From the NCBI GenBank assembly GCA_945888995.1, contig CAMDBA010000002.1, positions 73,690 to 137,689 on the forward strand: 64,000 bases of DNA, in the 5' to 3' direction. Position 1 is the first letter of the stretch. Each line of letters opens with the position of its first letter. The notes beneath the pieces are model-generated. The model searched no databases. It saw only the letters and a list, made by a program, of their open reading frames with translations, and was not told where the DNA came from. The stretch is from a bacterium UBP8_UBA817. Lineage in GTDB: Bacteria > Margulisbacteria > Marinamargulisbacteria > CAMDBA01. Positions 46,884 through 56,742 of the stretch are shown here, piece by piece. Made by a program: the position numbers and the translations under genes.

Positions 46884-47261
46884 ATGGCAGAAACAGAACT
46901 AGAGACGCATAAGCGTGACGAATGGACAGAGAAATTTGTTCGCCTGCTCGAACAAAAACGCTTTAGCGAAATCAGAGCGGACTATCCATCGAGTCCTTAC
47001 AATGCCCCAAAATCCATTTATGGCTACACAACGGCCATAACCGCTCACGATAGCCATAATCGGTTTTGTATTATCGAAGTGGAAATGGGTGATCTTTCTG
47101 ATCCCGCCGTTCAACAACGCTTAAGCGCATTCGGAAAATACGCGACCCTGCATAAAGGCGCCTACTGGATCATTTATTCAAAAGACTATGAGGCAAAATT
47201 ACCGAAAGTTTTGAAAGATCTAAAATTGACCGAGGTCGTAAAGTTTACTAAAGGGGTGTAG
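46884..47261 (+). CDS. hypothetical protein (125 aa)
   Basis: ORF divergent from rho; perfect TATAAT at 46829-46834 and AAGAAGGG RBS; no recognisable motifs. Confidence 0.45.
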   Translation: MAETELETHKRDEWTEKFVRLLEQKRFSEIRADYPSSPYNAPKSIYGYTTAITAHDSHNRFCIIEVEMGDLSDPAVQQRLSAFGKYATLHKGAYWIIYSKDYEAKLPKVLKDLKLTEVVKFTKGV

Positions 47262-47351
47262 AAGAAAATTGATTTACCCCCACCTACGCCGCCCCCTTTT
47301 GTAAGGGCGAGGAATAGAAATGACGATATCTACTTTGAAAGTGAAATTTTA

Positions 47352-47378
47352 AAGCCTGCCCTTGATAAGGGCAGGCTT
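47352..47378. terminator. 12-bp perfect hairpin (AAGCCTGCCCTT-GAT-AAGGGCAGGCTT), candidate terminator between convergent genes
   Basis: Perfect 12-bp inverted repeat with 3-nt loop between the 46884..47261 gene (+) and slyD (-); flanking T/A-rich stretches are weak, so probably a low-efficiency intrinsic terminator. Confidence 0.45.
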
Positions 47379-47443
47379 GGTTTATCCGCAGAAGCTTTAG
47401 CGTAGGAGGGAGGGGTGATTATCCGTCCCCTCCGAAAGAGTGT

Positions 47444-47935
47444 CTAGTGGTGGTGGTGTCCGTCGCCGTCGCCGGAGTGGACATGTCCGTGCTCAAGCTC
47501 TTCTTTTGTCGCTTCACGAATAGACGCGATTTCAACATCAAAGTTAAGCGTTTCACCTGCTAGTGGGTGATTGCCATCGAGCGTAATAGTGTCTTCACCG
47601 ATTTCTTTGATGAGCATAACCACCGAAGATTGATCACTTTCAAGTTCGACTTCTAAGCCGACTTCAAGTTCTTCTCCAGGAGTGAAGGCTGATTTTGGAA
47701 ATTCGTGAATTAATGAGTCGTCATATTCGCCATACGCATCTGCTGCTGGAACAGACACTGTTTTTTTGTCACCGATTGTGAGCCCGTCTAATTCTTTTTC
47801 AAGACCTGGAATGATGTTATTGAATCCATGTAAATATTCTAAGGCTTCATCTGAACGGTCCAGAATTTCATCATCCGCATTGGTCAAAACGTAATGAAAA
47901 CCGACTACTTTTTGGGGGGTAATTGTTAATGTCAT
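47444..47935 (-). CDS. slyD: FKBP-type peptidyl-prolyl isomerase SlyD with His-rich metal-binding tail
   Basis: 163 aa; FKBP + IF insertion domains; C-terminal HGHVHSGDGDGHHHH. Confidence 0.85.
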   Translation of the reverse strand: MTLTITPQKVVGFHYVLTNADDEILDRSDEALEYLHGFNNIIPGLEKELDGLTIGDKKTVSVPAADAYGEYDDSLIHEFPKSAFTPGEELEVGLEVELESDQSSVVMLIKEIGEDTITLDGNHPLAGETLNFDVEIASIREATKEELEHGHVHSGDGDGHHHH

Positions 47936-47984
47936 AATAATAACTATAATATTTTTTAGATTAAAGTTAAAGAGACAAGTCGAC

Positions 47985-48485
47985 CTATCTCTGACGGCCT
48001 TCGGGCTGACTGAGTTTTTGTAGCATATCCCGTCTTAGCTGTACCCGGAGTTTGGCGTTGTTATAGCGGCGGGTTTCGTTGTCACTGGTGAGGCGAAGTT
48101 CAGGAATTTTCGTGGGAATTTTGTGCTGGTCGAGGGCGACAAACGTAAGATAGGCCGTTGTAGCTCGGGTTTGTTCGCCGGTATAAGGATTTTCTTTTGT
48201 CACTTGGACGCCGATTTCCATGGAGGTCGTTCCGACATAATTGACGCAGGCTTTGAGTATAACGTGATCGCCGATATGAATCGGCGTAATAAATGCGATC
48301 CGGTCAATACTGGCGGTAACGGCTTCCCGTCCGCAATGACGTTGAGCAACCATCACGGCCACCAAGTCGATCCAGGACATAATGACCCCTCCGAATGCCG
48401 TTCCGTAATGATTGGCATGCTGCGGTAGGATCACGTAGCGGGATTCAACGGAACTGTCACCGGGTGTCTTAATACTAATGTTCAT
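47985..48485 (-). CDS. acyl-CoA thioesterase (hotdog fold, YciA-like)
   Basis: 166 aa; HANHYGTAFGG...MSWIDL hotdog-thioesterase motifs. Confidence 0.75.
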   Translation of the reverse strand: MNISIKTPGDSSVESRYVILPQHANHYGTAFGGVIMSWIDLVAVMVAQRHCGREAVTASIDRIAFITPIHIGDHVILKACVNYVGTTSMEIGVQVTKENPYTGEQTRATTAYLTFVALDQHKIPTKIPELRLTSDNETRRYNNAKLRVQLRRDMLQKLSQPEGRQR

Positions 48486-48551
48486 ATTCCTATTTTAGGA
48501 CGATTTAAATAATTGAAACAGTAGAAAAAAATAAGAGTTGAAATGGCACGT

Positions 48552-48590
48552 GTATACATGGTAAATATATACCATGCAAATACATGTTAT
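48552..48590 (+). promoter_or_regulatory. candidate LexA operator: CATGGTA-N6-TACCATG palindrome flanked by ATACATG direct repeats
   Basis: ATACATG GTA AATATA TAC CATG CAA ATACATG TT lies ~15-50 nt upstream of the lexA ATG, overlapping the likely promoter; not a Cheo box or CTGT-N8-ACAG. Confidence 0.35.
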
Positions 48591-48602
48591 TGGAGGTCAG
48601 CT

Positions 48603-49196
48603 ATGGATTTAACCGCGATGCAAAAAAAGGTGTTTGAGTTTATCTGTGACTTTTCAACCGAAGAAGGATTTCCGCCTTCTTATAAAGATATCGGTCGTCA
48701 CTTCGGCTATAAGTCTGACGGGACAGTCAAAACCTATCTTGAAGCCTTGGAAAAAAAGGGCTTTATCCAACGATTGGGAACGGCGCGGGGAATTAAGATC
48801 TTAAAAGGTCTGATTCGACGGGACATCCCGATTTTAGGTAGGGTGGCTGCCGGATACCCGGGAATGGCCGTTGAAGAATTAGTCGGGACGTTGGATGATC
48901 TTGAACAGTTAAAATACCGGTCCGGCCGGATTGCATTGATGATCAAAGGCGACAGTATGAAAAATGTCGGTATTTTTGAAGGTGATTACGTCATCATCCA
49001 AACCGGCGTTCCCGTCGCAAGCGGCCAAATCGGCGCTGTGATGATCGATGGGGATGCGACATTAAAGCGTGTCTATTACGAACAGGACCGGATTCGACTT
49101 GAACCTGAAAACGAGAGTTATCAAAGTATTATTGTAGATGCATCTTTCGAAACCAAAATTATCGGAAAATATATCGCCCTCGTTAGAACCTCATGA
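48603..49196 (+). CDS. lexA: LexA repressor (S24 peptidase)
   Basis: ORF track starts 48543, but GGAGG RBS precedes the ATG at 48603 (MDLTAMQKK...); winged HTH; cleavage-site region AAGYPG; Ser-Lys dyad (GDSM ... LKRV). Confidence 0.85.
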   Translation: MDLTAMQKKVFEFICDFSTEEGFPPSYKDIGRHFGYKSDGTVKTYLEALEKKGFIQRLGTARGIKILKGLIRRDIPILGRVAAGYPGMAVEELVGTLDDLEQLKYRSGRIALMIKGDSMKNVGIFEGDYVIIQTGVPVASGQIGAVMIDGDATLKRVYYEQDRIRLEPENESYQSIIVDASFETKIIGKYIALVRTS

Positions 49197-49197
49197 A

Positions 49198-49662
49198 TTA
49201 AGCAAATGGTTTGGAAAGCGCTTCGGAGAAGGCGGCGTAGTCTTCTCCCACTGAATGAATGGTTAAAAGCCGCTTATGCGCAGATTTATGCGAAAATGTC
49301 AGCTCGCAAAATGTGTCAGGGTACAAATAGTCTAATTTTTCAGCCCATTCGATAATAACAATGGCGTCGGCGCTAAACAGATAATAATCGATATCCATAT
49401 CTAGCAGTGAACTTGGGTGGTGAAGGCGGTAGAGGTCCAGATGATAAATCGGAATTGCGCCTTCGTATCGATTCACCAATGTAAACGTCGGGGACGAGAT
49501 AGCCTCAGTTACCCCTAACTGCCGACATAATGACGTTGTGAATGTTGTTTTTCCTGCACCCATTTCACCATTGAGAAGCAGTCGGTGACCTGGCTTTAGT
49601 AAGGGCGCTAAGTTTGCGGTCAGGTGATTAAGATGTCGGAGGTTTTGAATAATGAGGCTCAT
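49198..49662 (-). CDS. tsaE: tRNA threonylcarbamoyladenosine biosynthesis ATPase TsaE
   Basis: 154 aa; Walker A GEMGAGKTTF and SPTFTLVNRY motif. Confidence 0.82.
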   Translation of the reverse strand: MSLIIQNLRHLNHLTANLAPLLKPGHRLLLNGEMGAGKTTFTTSLCRQLGVTEAISSPTFTLVNRYEGAIPIYHLDLYRLHHPSSLLDMDIDYYLFSADAIVIIEWAEKLDYLYPDTFCELTFSHKSAHKRLLTIHSVGEDYAAFSEALSKPFA

Positions 49663-50117
49663 TTGAGGTCCTTATATAAGATCTGAATAGATTGATGTAA
49701 GACCGGATGCACCCAATCCGGCACAATTGCGGCCGACGGCCCAAGTGCAAACACACGTTCGGCAAATCGAGGGTGGGGAATGGTCAGAGTCGGTGTATCG
49801 AGAATAACTTGGTCATAGAGCAAAATATCGATATCAATCGGTCTTGGCGCATAATCCCCTTTTAAAACTCTTCCCAGATCGGCTTCAATGCCTTGAGCAT
49901 GCAGGAGCAATGCTTCGGGAGATAAGTCGGTTGTAATCAACACGGCTGTATTGAGAAATAGCGGTTGATCCAAAACGCCGACAGGCTCGGTTTCGATAAT
50001 AGGTCCCATTGCGATGAGATTAGCCCGGGATTGAGCGCAAATGAACTCAATTGCGTGTTTGATATGGGTTTCCCGATCTCCGAGGTTAGATCCTAACCCT
50101 AATAAAACCGTTGCCAT
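49659..50117 (-). CDS. folK: 6-hydroxymethyl-7,8-dihydropterin pyrophosphokinase
   Basis: 152 aa; HPPK N-terminus LLGLGSNLGDRE; 4-nt overlap with tsaE. Confidence 0.85.
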   Translation of the reverse strand: MATVLLGLGSNLGDRETHIKHAIEFICAQSRANLIAMGPIIETEPVGVLDQPLFLNTAVLITTDLSPEALLLHAQGIEADLGRVLKGDYAPRPIDIDILLYDQVILDTPTLTIPHPRFAERVFALGPSAAIVPDWVHPVLHQSIQILYKDLK

Positions 50118-50962
50118 TATGACGTCCTTAATATGGCGTCTGCGACGGCGACGGCTTTTTTCATCGCAGAGACGTCATGAACCCGTAAAAACGACGCGCC
50201 GTTTTGCAGGGCAATCATATTTGAGCTGATGCTACCTTCGAGCCGTTCGGGGGTGTCTTCGCCGGTGATTTTGCCGATAAAGGATTTGCGGGACGTACCG
50301 ATTAATAGCGGATGCCCGAGTGACTGAAATGTCTCCAGATGCCGGAGTAATGTGAGATTGTGTCCCAGCGTTTTGCCGAATCCGATGCCGGGATCAAGGA
50401 TGAGCACATCAATGCCATGATGCTCGGCAACCAGAATGCGGTCTTCAAAATACGAATAAATCTCTTGGACAATGTGTTGATAGGTCGGGTTATCTTGCAT
50501 CCCCTGAGGACGTCCTTTCATATGCATCAGAATTGCAGCGGCATGATGACGTGCGACAACGGAGGGCATTTGAGGATCTGCTTCGAATGCCGATATGTCA
50601 TTAATCAGATGGGCCCCTTCGCTCAAACAAAAATCGGCGACGTCGGATTTCATGGTGTCGATTGAGAGTGGCGTTGAAAAATAGGTTTTATATTTTGTCA
50701 CGATAGAAGAGAGCCGACGTATTTCTTCTCCGGCCGAAACAGGCTCCGCATCTGGGCGTGTTGATTCCGCACCTAAGTCGATCATATCCGCTCCAGCTGC
50801 AATTAAACTCTCGATATGGCGGAGTGCAGCATCGGCGTTATCGTAACGTCCCCCGTCTGAAAATGAATCCGGCGTGACATTCACGATTCCGACAAGATAG
50901 GTTCTCGAGAAATCGAATAATTGAGTGCCGATTTGAAGCGGTTTGAGAGTGAAATTTGTCAT
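50117..50962 (-). CDS. folP: dihydropteroate synthase
   Basis: 281 aa; GIVNVTPDSFSDGG pterin-binding motif; TAATG stop/start overlap with folK. Confidence 0.88.
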   Translation of the reverse strand: MTNFTLKPLQIGTQLFDFSRTYLVGIVNVTPDSFSDGGRYDNADAALRHIESLIAAGADMIDLGAESTRPDAEPVSAGEEIRRLSSIVTKYKTYFSTPLSIDTMKSDVADFCLSEGAHLINDISAFEADPQMPSVVARHHAAAILMHMKGRPQGMQDNPTYQHIVQEIYSYFEDRILVAEHHGIDVLILDPGIGFGKTLGHNLTLLRHLETFQSLGHPLLIGTSRKSFIGKITGEDTPERLEGSISSNMIALQNGASFLRVHDVSAMKKAVAVADAILRTS

Positions 50963-51060
50963 AAGAGCCCCACTATATCACGGGGATATTTCTCAAATCT
51001 ATATCGTCATTTCTGCCTTCTTTACGGCTTCTATTCTTTTGAGATATACTCGTTGGCCGA

Positions 51061-51147
51061 TGCCGAGGTGGTGGAATTGGTAGACACACCAGCTTGAGGG
51101 GCTGGCGGGGGCAACTCTGTGCAGGTTCAAGTCCTGTCCTCGGTACC
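51061..51147 (+). tRNA. tRNA-Leu (anticodon GAG)
   Basis: 87-nt type-II tRNA: acceptor GCCGAGG...CCTCGGT-A-CCA, anticodon stem CCAGC/GCTGG with loop TTGAGGG, long variable arm, T-arm GGTTCAAGTCC. Confidence 0.85.
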
Positions 51148-51173
51148 ATCTTTAAAATATATGACTCACGCAG

Positions 51174-51971
51174 GTGGCCTTTATGACAGTTTTATCAGAG
51201 TTTAATGAACTCATCGATGTGGTCAAAAAGCTCCGAAGCCCAGAAGGATGTCCTTGGGATCGCGAGCAAACCCTGGAGTCTCTCACCCCTCATATTATTG
51301 AAGAAGCCTATGAATTGGTTGATGCCATTCAAACCGGTGTCACAACCGACATTCAGGAAGAACTCGGAGACGTGTTGCTTCATGTCGTGATGTTGTCCAA
51401 TATGGCGGAAGAAGACGGCCATTTTTCGCTTCTGAACGTCATTCAAACGATTACCGAAAAAATGATCCGCAGGCATCCCCATGTCTTCGGTGATGTGGAA
51501 GTTAATTCGGTTGATGAGGTCTGGAAAAACTGGGAAGCCATCAAAAAACAAGAAAAATCCGGCTCCATTTTCACCTCGATTCCGGCGAGTTTGCCCGCCT
51601 TGATGCAAGCTGAGAAAATCCAGAAAAAAGCGTCCAGAGTTGGTTTTGATTGGGACGACAAGGTAAAGCCGTTCGAAAAAGTCAAAGAAGAAGTCGCTGA
51701 AATCGGCGAGGTTCTAGCACAACCGAATCCGGATATAAAAGAATTAGAAGAAGAAATCGGGGATGCGCTATTTGCCATCGTGAACGTGGCGCGAAAATGG
51801 GACATCGATCCTGAAGCCGCCTTAAGAGCGGGAAATACAAAGTTTAAACGGCGGTTTGCCGAAATGGAGACCGTTGCCGATCAGAATGGCACGCCGATGT
51901 CTCAATTAAGTCTAGATGAATTAAACGAGCTATGGGAACAGGCTAAATTATCAAAACCGCTAGTTAATTAA
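51174..51971 (+). CDS. mazG: nucleoside triphosphate pyrophosphohydrolase MazG
   Basis: 265 aa; two MazG domains with EEAYELVDAI / EEIGDALF motifs. Confidence 0.85.
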   Translation: MAFMTVLSEFNELIDVVKKLRSPEGCPWDREQTLESLTPHIIEEAYELVDAIQTGVTTDIQEELGDVLLHVVMLSNMAEEDGHFSLLNVIQTITEKMIRRHPHVFGDVEVNSVDEVWKNWEAIKKQEKSGSIFTSIPASLPALMQAEKIQKKASRVGFDWDDKVKPFEKVKEEVAEIGEVLAQPNPDIKELEEEIGDALFAIVNVARKWDIDPEAALRAGNTKFKRRFAEMETVADQNGTPMSQLSLDELNELWEQAKLSKPLVN

Positions 51972-52004
51972 ATGGTTGCCCCATCCGATATGATCCCTAA
52001 CCAA

Positions 52005-52046
52005 ACACCCCTAAACTGAAGTAGGGTGTCCGATTTCAAATCTTTT
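52005..52046 (+). terminator. intrinsic terminator downstream of mazG
   Basis: ACACCCCTA-aactgaag-TAGGGTGT hairpin followed by CCGATTTCAAATCTTTT. Confidence 0.5.
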
Positions 52047-52094
52047 GCTAAAATGATAAAGCTTTTTTAAATTTTTTTTGGATGGAGTAGAACG

Positions 52095-54095
52095 TTGACC
52101 TCAGTCTCCGATAAAGCCGCACTGATCGCCATAGCCAAGACCATTAGATCCCTGAGCATGGATGCAATAGAAGCTGCTAATAGCGGCCACCCCGGTTTAC
52201 CGTTGGGATGCGCTGAATTAGGCGCTTACTTATTTGGCAAAGTATTAAAATTAAATCCGAAAGATCCAAAATGGATCAACCGCGACCGGTTTGTTTTATC
52301 CGCCGGGCACGGGTCGATGTTGCTTTATAGCTGCTTGTATTTAGCAGGTTTTGAAGTCAGTTTAGATCACTTAAAACAATTTCGCCAATTAGGTAGTCCC
52401 TGCGCCGGGCATCCGGAATACGGAGCATTACCGGGAATTGAAGCCACTACCGGCCCTCTTGGCCAAGGTCTCGCTATGGGCGTGGGCATTGCGCTGGGCC
52501 ACAAAATGGCGGCTCAGAAATTCGGCGCCGATCGGCTTTTAGATGCGACGGTATACGTTCTGAGTGGTGACGGCTGTATGATGGAAGGGATTGTCTCGGA
52601 AGCAGCCTCGTTCTCCGGGCATTTGGGACTGGATAATCTGGTGGTGATTTATGATGCCAATGATATCTGTCTTGATGGGCCTATCGAAGAGTGTTTTTCA
52701 GATGATACGGCGCTCAAGTTCAAAGCAGTCGGCTGGAATGTTCATCAGATTGACGGCCACGATTTTGACCAGATTGCCGCAGTGTTTGAGAAAACCGCTC
52801 AGCGAAACGGCAAGCCAAGCTTAATTATCGCCAAAACTACCATCGGAAAAGGGGCCCCGACGGTTCAGGGAACCTGCGAAGTCCACGGTAAAGCCATGGG
52901 CGCCGATGAAGTGCTGAAAACCAAAACCTATCATGAAATTCCCCATGACCCATTCTTTTATGTCGATCCAGTTGCGACGGCCTATTTCAAAACCCGTCAG
53001 ACTGAATGGCAAGTGATGCAGGATAACTGGTCTGCCGCTTTTTCGTCCTGGGCCGCAGGCTCTGAAGATAAAAAGAACCTATGGGATCAATCTATCACTC
53101 ACCGCCTTCCGGCAAATTTAGATGAGATTTTAGCCCAAATTGCCATTAAACAGGGTGTCGCAACCCGTCAGTCCGCGCATTCGATTTTACAAACATTAGG
53201 AAAAGAAGTGCCATTTTTAATGGGCGGATCAGCGGATTTGTCTTGTTCCGACTCTACTTTAATTAAAGACATCGGCATTGTAGCCCCTCATCATTTCGCC
53301 GGCAGAAACATTAAGTTCGGTGTCCGTGAGTTTGCGATGGGCGCGATTTGTAACGGATTATATTTACATGGCATGTGGCGGCCTTTTTGCGGTACGTTTT
53401 TGACTTTTTCGGATTATATGCGCAATGCCATCCGATTAGCCGCAATTATGAAATTGCCAGTTATTTATCAATTCACCCATGACAGCATTCTTTTAGGTGA
53501 AGACGGTCCGACGCATCAGCCGGTGGAGCATTTAGCTTCACTGCGGGCAATGCCGGGATTAACCGTTATCCGTCCTGCCGATGCGAACGAGACACGTGGT
53601 GCATGGCTCTGGGCGCTCAAACATTCGGGTCCAACGGCACTGATACTGACCCGACAAGGCTGTCCGGATATTGCCCAAAGCGGTATGGCCGAAGTCGCGC
53701 GAGGTGCTTATATTATTAAATCCGAATCTCGAGAGGGTGTGGATTATTGTATTCTGGCAACCGGTTCGGAAGTGAGCCTGGCAAAAGAAGTTGCGACGAT
53801 TCTTGAAACAAAAGGTCACTCTGTTCGGGTGGTTTCGATGCCGTCTTTTGAAATTTTTGATGCGCAACCGGCCGACTACCGAGAAACGGTTTTAGGCGGC
53901 AATATTCGCCAATATTGGTCGATCGAAGCCCAAACCTCGTTCGGATGGCATAAATATATCGGCCGTGACGGCCATACAATCAGCGTAGATGAATTTGGGG
54001 TAAGCGCTCCTGCTTCGGCGCTTAAATTAAAATACGGATTTACTCCCGAAGCCGTTGTTGAAAAAATGGAAAGGAACTCCTTATGTCCGTACTAG
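52095..54095 (+). CDS. tkt: transketolase
   Basis: 666 aa; TPP motif GDGCMMEG, N-terminal SGHPGLPLGCAELG; TTG start with GGATGGAG RBS. Confidence 0.9.
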   Translation: MTSVSDKAALIAIAKTIRSLSMDAIEAANSGHPGLPLGCAELGAYLFGKVLKLNPKDPKWINRDRFVLSAGHGSMLLYSCLYLAGFEVSLDHLKQFRQLGSPCAGHPEYGALPGIEATTGPLGQGLAMGVGIALGHKMAAQKFGADRLLDATVYVLSGDGCMMEGIVSEAASFSGHLGLDNLVVIYDANDICLDGPIEECFSDDTALKFKAVGWNVHQIDGHDFDQIAAVFEKTAQRNGKPSLIIAKTTIGKGAPTVQGTCEVHGKAMGADEVLKTKTYHEIPHDPFFYVDPVATAYFKTRQTEWQVMQDNWSAAFSSWAAGSEDKKNLWDQSITHRLPANLDEILAQIAIKQGVATRQSAHSILQTLGKEVPFLMGGSADLSCSDSTLIKDIGIVAPHHFAGRNIKFGVREFAMGAICNGLYLHGMWRPFCGTFLTFSDYMRNAIRLAAIMKLPVIYQFTHDSILLGEDGPTHQPVEHLASLRAMPGLTVIRPADANETRGAWLWALKHSGPTALILTRQGCPDIAQSGMAEVARGAYIIKSESREGVDYCILATGSEVSLAKEVATILETKGHSVRVVSMPSFEIFDAQPADYRETVLGGNIRQYWSIEAQTSFGWHKYIGRDGHTISVDEFGVSAPASALKLKYGFTPEAVVEKMERNSLCPY

Positions 54096-55147
54096 GAATT
54101 GTTATTGCCCTTTTTGGGTTGAGTATCGTAGTTTTTGTACACGAATTAGGCCATATGCTGGTCGCAAAGAGAGCGGGAATTGGTGTGCTTGAGTTCAGTG
54201 TCGGGATGGGGCCGAAGCTCTTTTCACGGCGTCGTAAAGAAACGATTTATTCTATTCGTTTGCTGCCTTTCGGTGGATTTGTCCGCTTGGCCGGTATGGA
54301 TGATGAAGACGGCGATGAAGTGCCGCCTGAAAAAAATTATTATGCCAAACCGCTAAGATCCCGGCTTGCAACAATTGCGGCAGGATCTGTTTTTAATATT
54401 GTCTTCGGGTTTTTATTATTCTCGGTTTTATATATGTTTATGGGGGTGCCGACATTAAATAATCGGATCGACATGGTCAAACCCGACTCTCCTGCGATGA
54501 AAGCCGGACTTCTGGCCGGTGATGCGATTATCGAAGTAAACGGCCATGCGGTGACGCATCCTCAGGATGACATTATTACGCAGATTCACCGATCAGGCGG
54601 GCAGCCCCTGGTTCTGACCTTTCAGCGTGCAGGTCAGACCATCAGCACAAATCTAATTCCTCAGATTAAAGGTGGAAAAGGTATTATCGGTGTTCAACTC
54701 GGGGTTTCCTACCACCGCTATTCACCGATTAAAGCGGTGTATTACGGCGGACTTGCGACGATCGATAAGATTAAACTCGTGTTTGTCAGCATTAAAATGT
54801 TACTCGCCCACGAAGCCGGATTGAAAGATTTAGCTGGTCCCGTCGGAATTATTCAGCTGACTAGTTTCGAGCTTCAGCGGGGGCTCGTGAATTTTATCGG
54901 GATTATGGCTTTGATTAGTATTAGTTTAGGTGTTGCGAATTTATTTCCGTTTCCGGTTTTAGACGGGGGGCATATTTTATTCCTGGCCATTGAAGCCGTT
55001 CGCGGTAAACGCCTGAGTAAAAAGACCGAGACATTTATCTATAATGTCAGTGCTGCAATACTCATCGGACTGATGGTCATTATCGTGGTCAACGATGTCT
55101 TAAATTGGCAGGGACGTGTCAATCTCTTAAACCAATTATCAAAATAG
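54083..55147 (+). CDS. rseP: RIP zinc metalloprotease (site-2 protease) RseP
   Basis: 354 aa; HELGHML HExxH in TM1, central PDZ domain, C-terminal LDGG motif. Confidence 0.85.
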   Translation: MSVLGIVIALFGLSIVVFVHELGHMLVAKRAGIGVLEFSVGMGPKLFSRRRKETIYSIRLLPFGGFVRLAGMDDEDGDEVPPEKNYYAKPLRSRLATIAAGSVFNIVFGFLLFSVLYMFMGVPTLNNRIDMVKPDSPAMKAGLLAGDAIIEVNGHAVTHPQDDIITQIHRSGGQPLVLTFQRAGQTISTNLIPQIKGGKGIIGVQLGVSYHRYSPIKAVYYGGLATIDKIKLVFVSIKMLLAHEAGLKDLAGPVGIIQLTSFELQRGLVNFIGIMALISISLGVANLFPFPVLDGGHILFLAIEAVRGKRLSKKTETFIYNVSAAILIGLMVIIVVNDVLNWQGRVNLLNQLSK

Positions 55148-55166
55148 GACGATTGCGAATACTCAC

Positions 55167-55844
55167 ATGATACAAATTAAAAATCTCACCAAAATTTATC
55201 CCAACGGTTTTAAAGCGCTCGATGATGTGAGCTTGTATATCGGCCGGGAAGAGTTCGTCTACCTGGTGGGAATGTCCGGTGCGGGGAAGTCGACGCTATT
55301 AAATATGATTTTCCGGGCGGAAGTACCGACATCCGGTGAAATTGTCATCGATAATTTTTCCTTAAGCCAGATTACGGATAACCAAATTCCGTACCTTCGG
55401 CGCAATATCGGTGTTATTTTTCAGGATTACAAACTTCTACCCAAACGGACGGTTTATGAAAATGTGGCGTTCGCCTTGCGTGTCATGCATTATTCCAGGT
55501 CCCGTATTCACCGGCAGGTCGGCCAGGTTTTAGAACTGGTAGGCTTGCAACAAAAAGGGCATCATCTACCTCAGGAATTGTCCGGCGGTGAGCAGCAACG
55601 GATTTGTATCGCACGGGCCATCGTGAATAACCCGCCGATTTTATTGGCAGATGAGCCGACAGGAAATCTAGATCCGGACACATCATGGGAAATTATGCAG
55701 CTTTTAAATAAAATTAACGCCCGTAAGACAACGGTCATTGTGGCGACCCATAGCCGAGAAATCGTGGATAGCATGCGTAAACGCGTTGTGGCTCTCGAAG
55801 GTGGAAAAGTCGTGCGAGACCAGCAATTAGGAGTGTACTCTTGA
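55167..55844 (+). CDS. ftsE: cell-division ABC transporter ATP-binding protein FtsE
   Basis: 225 aa; Walker A GMSGAGKST, ABC signature LSGGEQQR, Walker B ILLADEPTG. Confidence 0.88.
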   Translation: MIQIKNLTKIYPNGFKALDDVSLYIGREEFVYLVGMSGAGKSTLLNMIFRAEVPTSGEIVIDNFSLSQITDNQIPYLRRNIGVIFQDYKLLPKRTVYENVAFALRVMHYSRSRIHRQVGQVLELVGLQQKGHHLPQELSGGEQQRICIARAIVNNPPILLADEPTGNLDPDTSWEIMQLLNKINARKTTVIVATHSREIVDSMRKRVVALEGGKVVRDQQLGVYS

Positions 55845-56728
55845 TTTTTAGGGACATTGAATTTTTTGTAATAGAAGCCTTAATCGGGATGCGCCGGTCG
55901 GGGCTAATGATTTTCATCTCAATTGCGACTATTACCGTGTCTCTTATTGTATTTGGTATTTTCCTGCTCTTAACCGTTAATATGAACAATATGGCGAATC
56001 TGATCTCAGATAAACTCGAAATCCGGGTTTACCTTAAAGAAGGCGTCACTCAGCGCGAAATCCAAGAGTTTATGGCCAAGCTCAATCAAATCGAAGGCAT
56101 TACTGAAGTGGGATTTGTCCCTAAAACCGATGCCTGGAAAAAATTCCAGCAGAATTATAAAAATGTGCAGATCGGAGATTTGATTAAGTCAAATCCATTA
56201 CCGGATTCCCTACATGTAAAGCTGGAAAATAATCGCCAGCTCTCCGATATTGCCAAATATATTTCTACCTTTACGGCCTATGTAGAAGACGTATCGTACG
56301 GCGGCATTATTGCGCAGCGTATTGCATTGATTTCCAACCTTATCCGAATCGGCGGATTGGTCTTGGTTTTGCTCTTAGGGATGGCCACCCTGCTAATTAT
56401 AGTAAATACCATCCGGTTAACGGTAATTGCCCGCCAGGATGAAATTTCGATTATGCAGCTCGTGGGCGCAACCAATACGTTTATTCGATGGCCGTTTATC
56501 ATTGAAGGGATGATTATCGGATTAATCGGATCGACGCTGGCGATCATTTTTTTAAAGATTTTTTATGTGGTATTCGGCGGACATTTTCAGGAAGCGGTTC
56601 CGTTTTTTCCTCTTGTATTTAATGACCAGGTTTTACTTGTTATTTATATTTTTGTTGGATTTGTCGGGTCTGGCTTAGGAACGGTCGGCGCGTATCTATC
56701 GGTTTCACGTACACTAAAATCAGGGTAG
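55841..56728 (+). CDS. ftsX: cell-division ABC transporter permease FtsX
   Basis: 295 aa; FtsX topology (TM1, periplasmic loop, three C-terminal TM); 4-nt overlap with ftsE. Confidence 0.85.
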   Translation: MIFRDIEFFVIEALIGMRRSGLMIFISIATITVSLIVFGIFLLLTVNMNNMANLISDKLEIRVYLKEGVTQREIQEFMAKLNQIEGITEVGFVPKTDAWKKFQQNYKNVQIGDLIKSNPLPDSLHVKLENNRQLSDIAKYISTFTAYVEDVSYGGIIAQRIALISNLIRIGGLVLVLLLGMATLLIIVNTIRLTVIARQDEISIMQLVGATNTFIRWPFIIEGMIIGLIGSTLAIIFLKIFYVVFGGHFQEAVPFFPLVFNDQVLLVIYIFVGFVGSGLGTVGAYLSVSRTLKSG

Positions 56729-56742
56729 GAGAAGGAGTTTTT

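Noticed and set aside
47444-47935. His-rich C-terminal tail of SlyD (HGHVHSGDGDGHHHH) as an engineered His-tag
   Set aside because: Native SlyD proteins commonly carry His-rich metal-binding tails used in Ni insertion. The tail is interrupted by Gly/Asp and is in a genomic context, so it is not a synthetic tag.
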